This document shows, one piece after another, positions 36,200 through 46,357 of a DNA stretch of 64,000 nt. Within the stretch, counting starts at the first letter, position 1. Each line of letters opens with the position of its first letter. This DNA is from an uncultured Desulfovibrionaceae bacterium (GTDB lineage: Bacteria > Desulfobacterota > Desulfovibrionia > Desulfovibrionales > Desulfovibrionaceae), in contig CAYJPT010000001.1 in the NCBI GenBank assembly GCA_964372165.1, positions 1,106-65,105 on the forward strand, in the 5' to 3' direction. A program made the position numbers and the translations under genes. The notes below the pieces were generated by a model that worked only from the letters and a program-made list of their open reading frames with translations, made no database searches and was not told the origin of the DNA.

Positions 36200-37495
36200 C
36201 TAACTGTTGAAAACACGTGCAAAAATAGTGTCTTCATGACATAGGTAATAGTTTACATCAAAAAGTTCATTAAGGGCTTCAGCATTTAAATGAGCTGTAA
36301 TATCTGCGTTATCTTTTACAATTTCAGTAAAATGAACTTGCCTTTCCCAACTTTGCATTGCACAGCCTTGCACCAATTCATAGGCTTTTTGACGAGGAAG
36401 ACCCTTATCAATTAATGCTGTCAGTACACGCTGTGAATAATACAGACCAAGTGAGTGGTCCATATTTTTTTTCATACGCTCAGGCTTAACCACGAGATTT
36501 TTTAACAAATTTGTAAGCCTGTGCAAAATATAATCAGTAAGTATGGTTGAATCTGGCATAATAACACGTTCAACAGAAGAGTGACTAATATCGCGTTCAT
36601 GCCATAAAGCTTGATTTTCCATAGCTGCCACCGCATTGCTACGCAAAAGGCGAGAAAGACCAGTCATATTTTCTGCTGAAATGGGATTTTTCTTATGTGG
36701 CATGGCCGATGATCCCTTCTGCCCTTTGCCAAAACCTTCTTCAACCTCTAATACCTCGGTACGCTGTAAATGCCGCAACTCAACGCAAAGGCGCTCAATG
36801 CCACCACCAAGAATAGCAAGAGCAGTAAAAAACTGAGCATGGCGATCACGTTGGACTATTTGAGTTGAATGTACATCTACCTTTAAGCCCAAGTGTTGCA
36901 TTGTTAATGCCTCAACCTCAGGGCTTAAAAAAGCATAAGTACCAACAGCACCGGATAATTTACCCACGCGGACAATCTCAACAGCGTCAATTACACGCTG
37001 TAAGTGACGTGAAAACTCCGCATAAAAACCAGCCATTTTGATACCAAAGCTTGTGGGTTCGGCATGTATGCCATGAGTACGCCCCATGCATACTGTACCC
37101 TTCCACTTATGAGCAATGTCATGTAAAGTTTGAAGCAATGACTTAATATCTTGTATAATTATCTCACCTGCCTCCATAAGTAAAACGGCATTGGCAGTAT
37201 CTACAATATCTGAAGATGTGCAACCAAGATGAATATAACGTGCTTCTGCCCCAACATGCTCCTCAACCGAAGTCAAAAAAGCAATTACATCATGGCGTGT
37301 AGTTTCTTCAATTTCTAAAATACGATTAGTGTTAAAAGCTGCTTTTTTTCGTATAATTTCTATAACATCGTTAGGAATACGTCCAAGCTCATGCCAAGCT
37401 TCGCACACAGCAAGCTCCACCTTAAGCCACGCTTTATAGCGATTTTCAAGGGTCCAAATGGAACTCATGACTTCACGACTATATCTATCAATCAT
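36200..37495 (-). CDS. purB: Adenylosuccinate lyase
   Basis: Fumarate-lyase signature GSSAMPHKKNP. 431 aa. Confidence 0.95.
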   Translation of the reverse strand: MIDRYSREVMSSIWTLENRYKAWLKVELAVCEAWHELGRIPNDVIEIIRKKAAFNTNRILEIEETTRHDVIAFLTSVEEHVGAEARYIHLGCTSSDIVDTANAVLLMEAGEIIIQDIKSLLQTLHDIAHKWKGTVCMGRTHGIHAEPTSFGIKMAGFYAEFSRHLQRVIDAVEIVRVGKLSGAVGTYAFLSPEVEALTMQHLGLKVDVHSTQIVQRDRHAQFFTALAILGGGIERLCVELRHLQRTEVLEVEEGFGKGQKGSSAMPHKKNPISAENMTGLSRLLRSNAVAAMENQALWHERDISHSSVERVIMPDSTILTDYILHRLTNLLKNLVVKPERMKKNMDHSLGLYYSQRVLTALIDKGLPRQKAYELVQGCAMQSWERQVHFTEIVKDNADITAHLNAEALNELFDVNYYLCHEDTIFARVFNS

Positions 37496-37507
37496 AAAAA
37501 ATCCTCT

Positions 37508-37927
37508 TTATACGGCAGTCTTAACTTTATTCTTTGATTCTTTTTTTGGTGCGGCAGTAGACTTTTTATCTGCGGCTACTTTTTTTGTTTTCACATTGTT
37601 ACTACTTTTTTCTGCACCATTTGCTTTACTGTCTGAACCTTTGGCATCTGTAGACTTAGCCTTTTTACCACCATCAACGTCGCTATTCTTATTCTGGCTT
37701 GCAGTTTTATCCTGCTCTGTGTCGCCATTATTTTCTTGATTTTTACGGTTGCCATACTCTGTCACATACCAACCACCACCTTTAAGAACAAAGCTAGTAT
37801 TTGATATAATTTGGATAGCTTGCGTACCACATTGGGGGCAAGGTGCTTCTTGTGCACCTTCATGACTCTTTACCCACTCTTCAAAAACATTATCACATTG
37901 TGGGCAACTATATTCATAAATCGGCAT
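37508..37927 (-). CDS. FmdB-family zinc-ribbon protein with a Lys/Ser-rich tail
   Basis: MPIYEYSCPQCDNVFE...CPQCG (CxxC-N-CxxC). Trimmed to the ATG at 37927. Confidence 0.75.
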   Translation of the reverse strand: MPIYEYSCPQCDNVFEEWVKSHEGAQEAPCPQCGTQAIQIISNTSFVLKGGGWYVTEYGNRKNQENNGDTEQDKTASQNKNSDVDGGKKAKSTDAKGSDSKANGAEKSSNNVKTKKVAADKKSTAAPKKESKNKVKTAV

Positions 37928-38083
37928 AAAAAAATTCCCGTGGATTAAACCACAATAAACCACTAAAATAAAACATTTATAACGCAATAAAATTCATGCA
38001 TAATTTAAATTTATTGCCAAAAAACCTAAGTTCAACTAAAGGCATGGACCTGCCCCATAAAGAGCAGGTCCAAAAATACAAGG

Positions 38084-38197
38084 CTACTTCGCCTTTGCTT
38101 CAGCCTTAGCGTCGCGGATACGCTGTTTAATACGTTCTGCACGGCGTTTACGTCGTCTTGCCAATTCTTTGTGACGTTCAATCTTTTTTTGAGCCAT
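38084..38197 (-). CDS. Unannotated 37-aa highly basic small protein
   Basis: Own translation: MAQKKIERHKELARRRKRRAERIKQRIRDAKAEAKAK. A strong SD (GAAGGAGAT) lies 7 nt upstream of the ATG at 38197. The hairpin GGACCTG...CAGGTCC follows the stop. Below the ORF-track length cutoff. Confidence 0.55.
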   Translation of the reverse strand: MAQKKIERHKELARRRKRRAERIKQRIRDAKAEAKAK

Positions 38198-38375
38198 TAG
38201 GGCTATCTCCTTCATAAATGTATTATGTTTACGCTTTACACATTCTTCTCTTTATCCAATAGTATATAAGCACTTCAATGTCTAGACTTTTTTGATTTTT
38301 TTTTGTATTTATGGTACACAAAAAATTCGATTAAAATTTCAAAACATTTTAACACCAAAACTCATATATATAACT

Positions 38376-39626
38376 ATGCAAAATTTTAATTTTTTTCATA
38401 AAAAAACAACTTTGTTAATTGTCTGTAGTGCATTGTATATTTTTCTTTGTTGCATTATTTATGCTACGCCCACTTTAGCTATTGCTAAATCAAATAACAA
38501 CAAACAAGAAGAACTTCCATTTAAAACTTCACCCCTTGTACCCATAAGCAAAGCTGCTGCTACAAAACAAACAAAAGCATTAGATAAGGCACGTATGGGG
38601 CTAAAATCTTGGACTGAACTTGCTCCAAGCCTGCAAGATTCATTAAATTATAGTAAGCGTTGGCCTCAAAATAGCAGCGCCATTGAACACCAATATATAC
38701 CTTGGTCAAAAATTACTGCATCTTTGGAGCTGTTGATAAGCCTTTTGCCTCGCCTTGACAAAGAACCAGAACTTTTATCCAAACATTTTCAATGGTTTAA
38801 ATTAAATCCAAGTTCGCATTTTACTGGCTATTATTCACCTGTCATCAAGGCAAGCCAAACCAAGAAACCAGGCTATACGGCACCAATTTATCGCTTGCCT
38901 GACGAGCTTGCACCTGAGCTTGCATACTGCCTTGCTAAACACAATTGCCCTGATACTGCTTTTACTAAAGTCATTCGTCCTGACCCTCCATTTTTTAGCC
39001 GTGAAGCCATAGATCTTGATAATGCTTTAGAAGGGCGCGGTCTTGAAATAGCATGGCTTGAACACCCTTTTGATGTGTATGCTTTAATGCTTCAAGGCTC
39101 TGGATATTTAGATTTTGATACTGGTACTGATAGGGCCGTACTGTTTGCTGGCTTTAACGGTCATCGAGGCGAAAGTATGGCCGGATACCTCATGCGCACA
39201 AAAAATGTACATAAAAGAGATGCAACCATCGAAGGCATGCGAGCATGGTGGGACAAAAATCCAAGCAAACGCAGAGCTTTTTTGCAAGCATCTGCAGGCT
39301 ATGTATTTTTTCGCTATGGGCCAAGTGAGCCGCAAGCTACTATAGGTGGAAAACTTGTGCCTTGGGTAAGCTTAGCAGTTGATGCCAGAGTGTTGCCACT
39401 GGGTGGTATTTTGGCCTATGCCCTACCAACTAAGGGTACTGCTAAAGCTGGTGTCATTACAAGCGGTAACAATAGTATGCTCAATGGCTTAGGACTTGCT
39501 CAAGACACAGGTGGTGCCATAAATTTATTGCGTATCGACCTATACGCCGGTAAGGGCGCAAAAGCCCATGATAAAGCCATGAGTGTTTATAACAAAGGGC
39601 AAATATGGCTTTTATTAAAACGTTAA
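38376..39626 (+). CDS. mltA: Membrane-bound lytic murein transglycosylase A
   Basis: MltA-like and 3D domains (FTGYYSP, QDTGGAI). Trimmed to the ATG at 38376 with a signal/anchor. Confidence 0.8.
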   Translation: MQNFNFFHKKTTLLIVCSALYIFLCCIIYATPTLAIAKSNNNKQEELPFKTSPLVPISKAAATKQTKALDKARMGLKSWTELAPSLQDSLNYSKRWPQNSSAIEHQYIPWSKITASLELLISLLPRLDKEPELLSKHFQWFKLNPSSHFTGYYSPVIKASQTKKPGYTAPIYRLPDELAPELAYCLAKHNCPDTAFTKVIRPDPPFFSREAIDLDNALEGRGLEIAWLEHPFDVYALMLQGSGYLDFDTGTDRAVLFAGFNGHRGESMAGYLMRTKNVHKRDATIEGMRAWWDKNPSKRRAFLQASAGYVFFRYGPSEPQATIGGKLVPWVSLAVDARVLPLGGILAYALPTKGTAKAGVITSGNNSMLNGLGLAQDTGGAINLLRIDLYAGKGAKAHDKAMSVYNKGQIWLLLKR

Positions 39627-39681
39627 TCTAATTACATTGATGTCAACTTGCGCTTTATATTCAATTAAGGCATAATAAACG

Positions 39682-40581
39682 ATGCTTAAAAAATCCACCT
39701 ATATTCGGCGTTGGCTTTGGTTAGACATATTGCTAACCATTATCCTGTGCTTACTGGCTATTTCATTTTATAATTACGCTGTTAGTGCTGAAAGCACCCT
39801 GCCACAAAATTGGAAGTGGCATGAACTTGTTAAATACATTGGATGGATTGACGAGCAAGGCTGGCACATGGGACTTTTATTAAAGGGCCTAGCTACCACA
39901 TTGCGCCTTGGTATTTGGTCAGGAATTTTAGCTTTAATTATTGGGCTTGCCATGGGCATACAACTTGCTGCAAAACCCAATACAGTTTTAAGCCGTATAC
40001 TATTTATGTTGGTAGTATTTTTTCGTAATACCCCACCGTTAATATTACTTTTCTTACTTTATTTTTTAACAAGTGAAAGCACATTGGCACTTTTTACCAA
40101 TGCTATGCGTGAAGCACCACAAAGTGTGCAAAATGTAGTAGGATTTATTTTTGCAACACCTGAAAATATGGATCGCATGTTAGCTGCTGTTATCACACTT
40201 GGTTGCTATCAAGGTGCGTATATTGCAGAAATTGTGCGCGCTGGCTTGCAGAGCTTACCTCAAGGTCAATGGGATGCAGCGGCAGCTCTTGGATTTTCTC
40301 CAAGACAACAATTTTTTGGAGTTTTACTTCCACAATGCTTACCGCTTATGATACCTGCACTTGCTGGTCAATATGTTTCAATATTTAAAGATTCTGCGCT
40401 GGCTTCTCTTATTTCAGTTCCAGAGCTTACCTTTCAAGGAATGGAAATCATGGCTATTAGCCGCCTACCATTTGAAACATGGCTCTTAGTTGCATTATTA
40501 TATTTAATTATTTCTTTAGCATGCACTAATATATTTCACAGTATTGAGCGACGTTTGCGCTGGCATAAACACACACAGTAA
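39682..40581 (+). CDS. Amino-acid ABC transporter permease (His/Glu/Gln/Arg/opine family)
   Basis: EAA-type loop AAAALGFSPRQQFFGVLLPQ and the polar amino acid permease N-terminal motif. No ATPase or binding-protein gene is adjacent. Confidence 0.85.
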   Translation: MLKKSTYIRRWLWLDILLTIILCLLAISFYNYAVSAESTLPQNWKWHELVKYIGWIDEQGWHMGLLLKGLATTLRLGIWSGILALIIGLAMGIQLAAKPNTVLSRILFMLVVFFRNTPPLILLFLLYFLTSESTLALFTNAMREAPQSVQNVVGFIFATPENMDRMLAAVITLGCYQGAYIAEIVRAGLQSLPQGQWDAAAALGFSPRQQFFGVLLPQCLPLMIPALAGQYVSIFKDSALASLISVPELTFQGMEIMAISRLPFETWLLVALLYLIISLACTNIFHSIERRLRWHKHTQ

Positions 40582-40638
40582 CATTTTCAAAATATTTTGA
40601 AATTGTAATCACGTTTTTCAAATATCTTTGAAAAAGTA

Positions 40639-41655
40639 TTAAGCAAAATGGTCAAAGCCACCTTGTGTGGGTATATCCTGCGCATTTAAAGATATAGCCC
40701 CATCATCAGTAATACACCCAATGCCATAAGCTAAAGGCAGAGCGGCATATATTATTGGAAATAATTTTGGAGCGCATGCTCCTAAAAGAGCATAATCTTC
40801 ACCACCAAGCCAAGCCTCAACACTTGGGCATAAACCATATGTACGATTGTAACGCACAACTTCCTCATGCAACAGTGACTCCGGCAAAACAACTTGTGCA
40901 CCTAAGTGACTTTGCAAACTACTGTCACCACCAAGTAAGCGTGGCAAATCTTTTGCTAAACCATCTGACAAATCCATAAGCACTGGGGGTCTTGCTTGTA
41001 ACCCAAGGCGAGCAATGCTTAAACCGGCACGCACTAAGGGCTTTGGACGTAAATGTGTTGCACATGCAACTGGCCAATCGTCACTGGCTTTAATCCCATG
41101 TGCTTCAAGTACACTAAGCCCCACCCTAGCTAAACCTACATGCCCTACCAAAAAAAGAGTATCCCCCGGCATGGCTCCACCACGCACCAAGAATGTACTT
41201 TGATCTTCTTTGTTTGCCTTTAACGGCGATTTGGCACTTTCTCCCCAAATACTGATGCATACGCTTATTTGGTTTGAGCGTGCTATATCACCACCTACAA
41301 GCACCATATTGTGCTCATGTGCCAAGGATGACATGCCATTAAAAAACTCATTTAGCCATTTTTCATCTACCTTGGGCGAAAGTCCAAGACACAAACTAAA
41401 TCCCAATGGATTTGCACCCATGGCAGCAATATCACTTATATTCACTGCCAAGGCTTTATAGCCAATGTCGCCAGCTTGAAAATAATCATGACGAAAGTGT
41501 ATATCTTCAATAAAAAGATCACTGCTAAAGCAAAGGTTTTGATTAACACCCAAGACGGCACAATCGTCACCACGTCCCAAAATCAAAGAAGAATGCTTAT
41601 TTACAAAATACTTATCTACTATTTTCAAAACGTGATTTTCAGATAATAATGGCAC
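40639..41655 (-). CDS. thiL: Thiamine-monophosphate kinase
   Basis: AIR-synthase-like fold motifs GDDCAV, DLFIEDIHF and GGDI. 338 aa. Confidence 0.85.
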   Translation of the reverse strand: MPLLSENHVLKIVDKYFVNKHSSLILGRGDDCAVLGVNQNLCFSSDLFIEDIHFRHDYFQAGDIGYKALAVNISDIAAMGANPLGFSLCLGLSPKVDEKWLNEFFNGMSSLAHEHNMVLVGGDIARSNQISVCISIWGESAKSPLKANKEDQSTFLVRGGAMPGDTLFLVGHVGLARVGLSVLEAHGIKASDDWPVACATHLRPKPLVRAGLSIARLGLQARPPVLMDLSDGLAKDLPRLLGGDSSLQSHLGAQVVLPESLLHEEVVRYNRTYGLCPSVEAWLGGEDYALLGACAPKLFPIIYAALPLAYGIGCITDDGAISLNAQDIPTQGGFDHFA

Positions 41656-41656
41656 T

Positions 41657-43819
41657 TTATGACTCCAAGGTTAAAAAGTCCTTCATAATAACTTTTAATC
41701 CAAAGCCAGAAAAGTTTACTTGGTACTTATCAGGTGGTAAAAATTTTACCATTTTACCACGACCAAAAATTTTATGCTGACAATAGCCAAGTGGTAATGA
41801 TTCGGACTTACTTACTGTTGGCTGTTCACTTTCAATTTTTTTCTTATTATCAGATGGTGGTAAAAGTTGCACACTAGGTGTAAAACTACTCTGGTTTTGC
41901 ACTCTTTTTTGCATAATTTTACCGTAGCTTTCATACCATTCCTCACACATACCACGTGGAAGTTCTCGCAAAAAAGGACTGGGGGTTGCATAAATGCTGC
42001 CGGCACTGCCCCTATTGCTAACACAAGATGGTGCATAAAGCTCAAGGTGTTGCTTGGCACGAGTGCAAGCTACATACATTAAGCGCCGCTCTTCTTCAAA
42101 ACCTTCAGCATCGTTCAAAGCATGCCTTGAGGGGAAACGCTCCTCCACTAAATCCATTATAAGCACCGCATTCCACTCAAGACCCTTAGCAGAGTGCACA
42201 GTTGAAAGAATAATACATTGTTCATCAATATCATCTTCCTCCACTGTATCAAGCATTAAATCTGCAATAAAAAGATCCAAATGATTTGCACTTTCTGCCA
42301 TATGCAAAGTTTCATCCAAGCCTTGCCTGCGCCTTGGCCAGTCATCAGGGTAAGCTGCCTCCAACATAGGTTGATAATGCTCAATAATTGCTTCTATTTG
42401 CTCGCTAGGGCTACGCATAAGCACGCGCTTAGCATCCAAAAATTGCATATCTGCTAAAAAACCTGGATATTTTGCAAACGCTTTTTCTGTGGCATTGGCA
42501 TCACCCTTAATGGCTATGCCATAAAGTTTTAGCATGGTTTTTTTGCCAATTCCCTTGTGCAACATGGCCACACGTTCAAAAGCTGGCATATCAAAGGGAT
42601 TTATCAACAAGCGCGCATAAGAGAGAACATCTTTAATATGCGCTGCATCTGCAAAGCGTATTCCGCCATATTTTCTAAATTTTATTCCCGCACGCTTGAG
42701 AGAAATTTCTAAATTATATGAATGAAAACCAGCACGAAATAGAACTGCTATTTCATGTGGTAAATAGCTCTGTAATAATTCAATAATACGTCTTGTTATA
42801 ATATCAGCCTGACTTTTGTCTGTTCCTGGTATAACCAGACGCACGGGATTGCCTCCAATGCGCTTGGTAAAAAGTGTTTTTTGATATGACTCTTGGGCAT
42901 TTTGCAATAAGGTATTGGCTACATCTAATACCGGCTGCGTTGAGCGGTAGTTTTCTTCTAAACGAATAACCTTAGTATTTGGAAAATTATCTGGAAAGTC
43001 CAAAATATTTCGTACATTAGCCCCACGAAAAGCATATATAGACTGGGCATCATCACCTACAGCCATAACATTACCATGCCCACCAAAGTCCTTGCTACCC
43101 AAAAGTCTTACTAAACGTGCTTGCACCAAGTTAGTATCTTGATACTCATCCACCATAATATGCTGTAAGCCACGTCTAAAATTCTGTAAGGCAGGGCTAT
43201 TTTCTTGCAAAAGAGCTTCAAGTTCAAATAGCAAGTCATCATAATCAAGCAAACCTTGTGTACGCCTATAATCTGTATATGCAGCATTAATATCTTGTAA
43301 AGCTTCAGTATGTGGCAATAAGTGATTTGCCTCACGCTGCAAAACTTCTTCTATGCTAATTTCTTTATTGCGAGCTTTGCTTAAAATACCAACTATATTT
43401 TGGCTTTTTGGAAAAGACCTATCACCTTTACCAAGCTTTAACTCCTCACGACAATGTCTAATGGCAGACGTGATATCGGCACTATCCATAATTGAAAAGT
43501 GCCTTCCATCAAGCCATGCCGGTCGATATTGCCGTAACACACTGTAGGCAAAGGCATGAAACGTGCCCCCACGTACACCCATTAAGCCACGCTCAAGTAG
43601 TTGTGATGCCCTTTTAAGCATTTCTTGTGCTGCTTTGCGAGTAAATGTAAGCAAGAGCATATGCTCAGGGTCAACCTCTTGTTCCACAAGCCAAGCCAAG
43701 CGGTAAATAATGGTACGAGTTTTACCACTGCCTGCTCCAGCAATAACTAAAACTGGACCATCAGGTGCTGTCACCGCTGCATATTGTGCAGGATTCAAAC
43801 TTTTTTCATAATCAATCAT
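41657..43819 (-). CDS. UvrD/Rep/PcrA-family ATP-dependent DNA helicase
   Basis: Walker A AGAGSGKT, the DEYQDT motif II and VHSAKGLEW motif VI. 720 aa. Confidence 0.9.
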   Translation of the reverse strand: MIDYEKSLNPAQYAAVTAPDGPVLVIAGAGSGKTRTIIYRLAWLVEQEVDPEHMLLLTFTRKAAQEMLKRASQLLERGLMGVRGGTFHAFAYSVLRQYRPAWLDGRHFSIMDSADITSAIRHCREELKLGKGDRSFPKSQNIVGILSKARNKEISIEEVLQREANHLLPHTEALQDINAAYTDYRRTQGLLDYDDLLFELEALLQENSPALQNFRRGLQHIMVDEYQDTNLVQARLVRLLGSKDFGGHGNVMAVGDDAQSIYAFRGANVRNILDFPDNFPNTKVIRLEENYRSTQPVLDVANTLLQNAQESYQKTLFTKRIGGNPVRLVIPGTDKSQADIITRRIIELLQSYLPHEIAVLFRAGFHSYNLEISLKRAGIKFRKYGGIRFADAAHIKDVLSYARLLINPFDMPAFERVAMLHKGIGKKTMLKLYGIAIKGDANATEKAFAKYPGFLADMQFLDAKRVLMRSPSEQIEAIIEHYQPMLEAAYPDDWPRRRQGLDETLHMAESANHLDLFIADLMLDTVEEDDIDEQCIILSTVHSAKGLEWNAVLIMDLVEERFPSRHALNDAEGFEEERRLMYVACTRAKQHLELYAPSCVSNRGSAGSIYATPSPFLRELPRGMCEEWYESYGKIMQKRVQNQSSFTPSVQLLPPSDNKKKIESEQPTVSKSESLPLGYCQHKIFGRGKMVKFLPPDKYQVNFSGFGLKVIMKDFLTLES

Positions 43820-43918
43820 GGGGCTACTCTACTGTTATATGTTGACGCAAGCAAGGTTTACCCTATACATTGTGCGAGAAAATTTTTAAATACATTAAAT
43901 TTCAACAAGGAAACTATT

Positions 43919-44428
43919 ATGTCACAACAATCAGACAACTTTAACAAGGCTGTGGAAATAATATTAGAAGCTGTTATGTTTGAAAATTGGTTACGCTTTT
44001 ATTTCATAAGCGAAACACTTGGTGATGTAGAGGTGCTATACCTTACCGTTCCAGAACAAGGTATGGAGCGTATCAAAGAATTATATCCGCACTTATTGCC
44101 ACTAGCAGAATTAGTAAACAACAAGGAAGTAACCTTTGAATCGTCACGCACAGCCGTCTGTACATATGTAATAACCGACGTTGACGGCAAGCGCATTCCA
44201 CAAAATATGTCTAACATGGTTTTAGACAGCAATACTTTTCAAATAGAGTTGCAATTGTTTACCACATGGGTACAAAGCCACGAAAGCCAATTAGACGAAA
44301 CATTTTTAGAATTTGGTACATGGCAAAACTTTTTCTCACAGTGGAGAGAAACCGACGAAGTTAAGGATTTTCGCCTACAAATGCATGCCAGTGTAACCAT
44401 GCCTGAAGGTAAAGAAGGTAAGGCTTAA
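43919..44428 (+). CDS. Hypothetical protein (169 aa)
   Basis: Track ORF trimmed to the ATG at 43919 (MSQQSDNFNK) behind AAGGAAA. No recognisable motif. Confidence 0.45.
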   Translation: MSQQSDNFNKAVEIILEAVMFENWLRFYFISETLGDVEVLYLTVPEQGMERIKELYPHLLPLAELVNNKEVTFESSRTAVCTYVITDVDGKRIPQNMSNMVLDSNTFQIELQLFTTWVQSHESQLDETFLEFGTWQNFFSQWRETDEVKDFRLQMHASVTMPEGKEGKA

Positions 44429-44519
44429 TAATTATATTGTAATTCTCCATATAGTATGTAGAATGTTCTTAAGGTTAAAATCCTTTATGTGTAAGCAAAA
44501 ATTCTTATGGAGGTATATT

Positions 44520-45071
44520 ATGGCAATAGCTACATCAGCTGAACAAATAAGCCCCTTGGGCGTTGGCAGCAAAGTACCAGATGGTGCGCTATTAACTATG
44601 GATGGGCAAAGCACTACACTCAAAGCAGTTTTAAATGATAAGGCTGCAGTCATAATTTTTTATCGTGGTGAATGGTGACGCTTTTGCCTCACGCAGTTAG
44701 CGGGAATAAACTTCATCCTTTCAACATTAGAAGAGCGTGGATATTCAGTGCTTAGCATTTGCCCTGATTTACCAGCAGGACTGAAAAACGTACATGAAAG
44801 CAGGAAACTTGATTTCCCTCTTTTTTCTGATACAAGCGTTGCCCTTTCAGAACAATTTGGCATAGCATTTCATGTTGATGACGCAACTGTTGATATGTAT
44901 TTAACAAAATACAATATTGATCTTGAAAAAGCTTCAGGCGAAAAACATCATAACTTACCCGTACCGGCTGTGTTTGTAATTGACGCAGAGGGCACAATTA
45001 AATTTGCATACACCAATGCAGATCATACTACACGCCTAAGCAATGATGAGCTACTAGAGCAGGCTACTTAA
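44520..45071 (+). CDS. Peroxiredoxin-like (PRX_like2 / AhpC-TSA fold) selenoprotein, with UGA at 44676-44678 read as selenocysteine
   Basis: Track ORFs 44463..44678 and 44748..45071 are in the same frame, with no other stop between them. The joined sequence reads VIIFYRGEW-U-RFC, where non-Sec homologs have FYRGxWCPxC. GGAGG precedes the ATG at 44520. Confidence 0.8.
44676..44705 (+). promoter_or_regulatory. In-frame UGA plus a candidate bacterial SECIS stem-loop
   Basis: The stem UCACGC / GCGGGA (one mismatch) with loop AGUUA spans 44689-44705 and starts 11 nt after the UGA. This is the position expected for a bacterial SECIS. Confidence 0.4.
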
Positions 45072-45091
45072 GGAAATCAGCGTTTCCTTAA
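45068..45091. repeat. Solo TTAAGGAAA...TTTCCTTAA hairpin overlapping the selenoprotein stop codon
   Basis: TTAAGGAAA-TCAGCG-TTTCCTTAA. The TAA stop (45069-45071) lies inside the left arm. Confidence 0.5.
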
Positions 45092-45123
45092 ATATACATT
45101 TATAAAATCATACAAAATCTATT

Positions 45124-45157
45124 AAAGACCTTTATGTAGCTTTGCATAAAGGTCTTT
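45124..45157 (+). terminator. 13-bp perfect hairpin downstream of the selenoprotein gene
   Basis: AAAGACCTTTATG-TAGCTTTG-CATAAAGGTCTTT. The U-tract is weak. Confidence 0.5.
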
Positions 45158-45191
45158 GCATTTCCGTTAGTTACTAACTATTTTCTCTTTG

Positions 45192-45207
45192 TGGAATAGA
45201 TTGTGCA
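45192..45207 (+). promoter_or_regulatory. Weak sigma-54-like element upstream of flgI
   Basis: TGGAATAGATTGTGCA has GG and GC at the consensus spacing but poor flanking matches. It ends 39 nt before the flgI ATG. Confidence 0.25.
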
Positions 45208-45246
45208 TCTAGGTGCATAGTAAACTGTCACCAAGGAGAAAGTGTC

Positions 45247-46356
45247 ATGATTTTGACTTATCGTAATTATATACAAATTTTTCTGGCTATAGCCATAGTC
45301 TTTGCTCTTGTAATACCTGCCAAGGCTGTTCGTATAAAAGACATTGCCACATTTTCCGGTGTGCGTGACAACCAGCTTATTGGATATGGTCTTGTTGTAG
45401 GCCTTAGCGGAACAGGTGATAAAACCGGATCAGTTTTTACAACTTCATCCATTGCCAATATGATGGATAAAATGGGTGTTGCCGTTGATCCAGATAAACT
45501 TAAAGTAAAAAACGTTGCATCTGTAATGGTTACAGCGCGTATGCCTATATCCGCAAAACCTGGTACACGTCTTGATGTTACAATTTCTTCAGTTGGTGAT
45601 GCATCCTCACTACTTGGCGGTGTTCTTTTACAAACATCACTTAAAGGTGTTGATGGCAAAACCTATATGCTGGCTCAAGGCTCTTTAACTGTTGGTGGTT
45701 TTTCTGCCGGTGGTGCTGCTGCTAATGCTCAAAAAAATATTGCTACTGTTGGCATCATTCCCGGCGGTGGTATTGTGGAGCGCGGCATACCATTTGAATT
45801 TAATGATCAAGATAACCTAACCTTAAGTATGCGCATTGCGGACTTTAGTACCAGCCAAAAAATAGCTGAACGGCTCAATGCAGCTATGGGTGGCCCTTTT
45901 TCCAAAGCAACAGATGCATCTACAGTAGAAATTACCATTCCTCCGCAATATAAAAATAATATGGTTCCACTTATGGCCTCATTAGAAAACATTGAAATTT
46001 CGCCTGATTCTCCAGCTAAGGTTGTGGTTGATGAAAAAACAGGGACTGTTGTACTTGGGCGTAATGTACGTATTTCGCAAACGGCTGTAGCGCATGGAAA
46101 TTTACAAATTACAGTACAAGAAACAGAGCAAGTTTCGCAGCCTGGTCCATTTTCGCAAGGACAAACTGTGGTCACTCCTGAAACAGCCATTAACGTGCGT
46201 GAAGAAAATCGCCGCCTTATGATGGTTGAAGGTGCTACACTGCAAGAATTGGTAGATGGACTAAATGCCATTGGTGCAACCCCTCGTGACTTAATCTCAA
46301 TACTACGCACTTTACAAGTTTCCGGTGCTTTACATGCAGATTTGGAGGTAATTTAA
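45247..46356 (+). CDS. flgI: Flagellar P-ring protein FlgI
   Basis: [31 protein letters not shown] and a C-terminal [38 protein letters not shown]. Confidence 0.95.
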   Translation: MILTYRNYIQIFLAIAIVFALVIPAKAVRIKDIATFSGVRDNQLIGYGLVVGLSGTGDKTGSVFTTSSIANMMDKMGVAVDPDKLKVKNVASVMVTARMPISAKPGTRLDVTISSVGDASSLLGGVLLQTSLKGVDGKTYMLAQGSLTVGGFSAGGAAANAQKNIATVGIIPGGGIVERGIPFEFNDQDNLTLSMRIADFSTSQKIAERLNAAMGGPFSKATDASTVEITIPPQYKNNMVPLMASLENIEISPDSPAKVVVDEKTGTVVLGRNVRISQTAVAHGNLQITVQETEQVSQPGPFSQGQTVVTPETAINVREENRRLMMVEGATLQELVDGLNAIGATPRDLISILRTLQVSGALHADLEVI

Positions 46357-46357
46357 T

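Noticed and set aside
44463-45071. Two adjacent same-frame ORFs that could be read as a peroxiredoxin pseudogene broken by a nonsense mutation
   Set aside because: The stop is a TGA located exactly at the catalytic Cys position of a CxxC motif. It is followed by an intact family-typical C-terminal half and a plausible SECIS hairpin. Selenocysteine recoding is the better explanation.
45192-45207. The ATTGTGCA repeat half-sites as a general set of sigma-54 -12 elements
   Set aside because: Only the flgI-proximal instance has a GG at the correct upstream spacing. The other ATTGTGCAGAGG copies lack a -24 element, so the resemblance is probably incidental.
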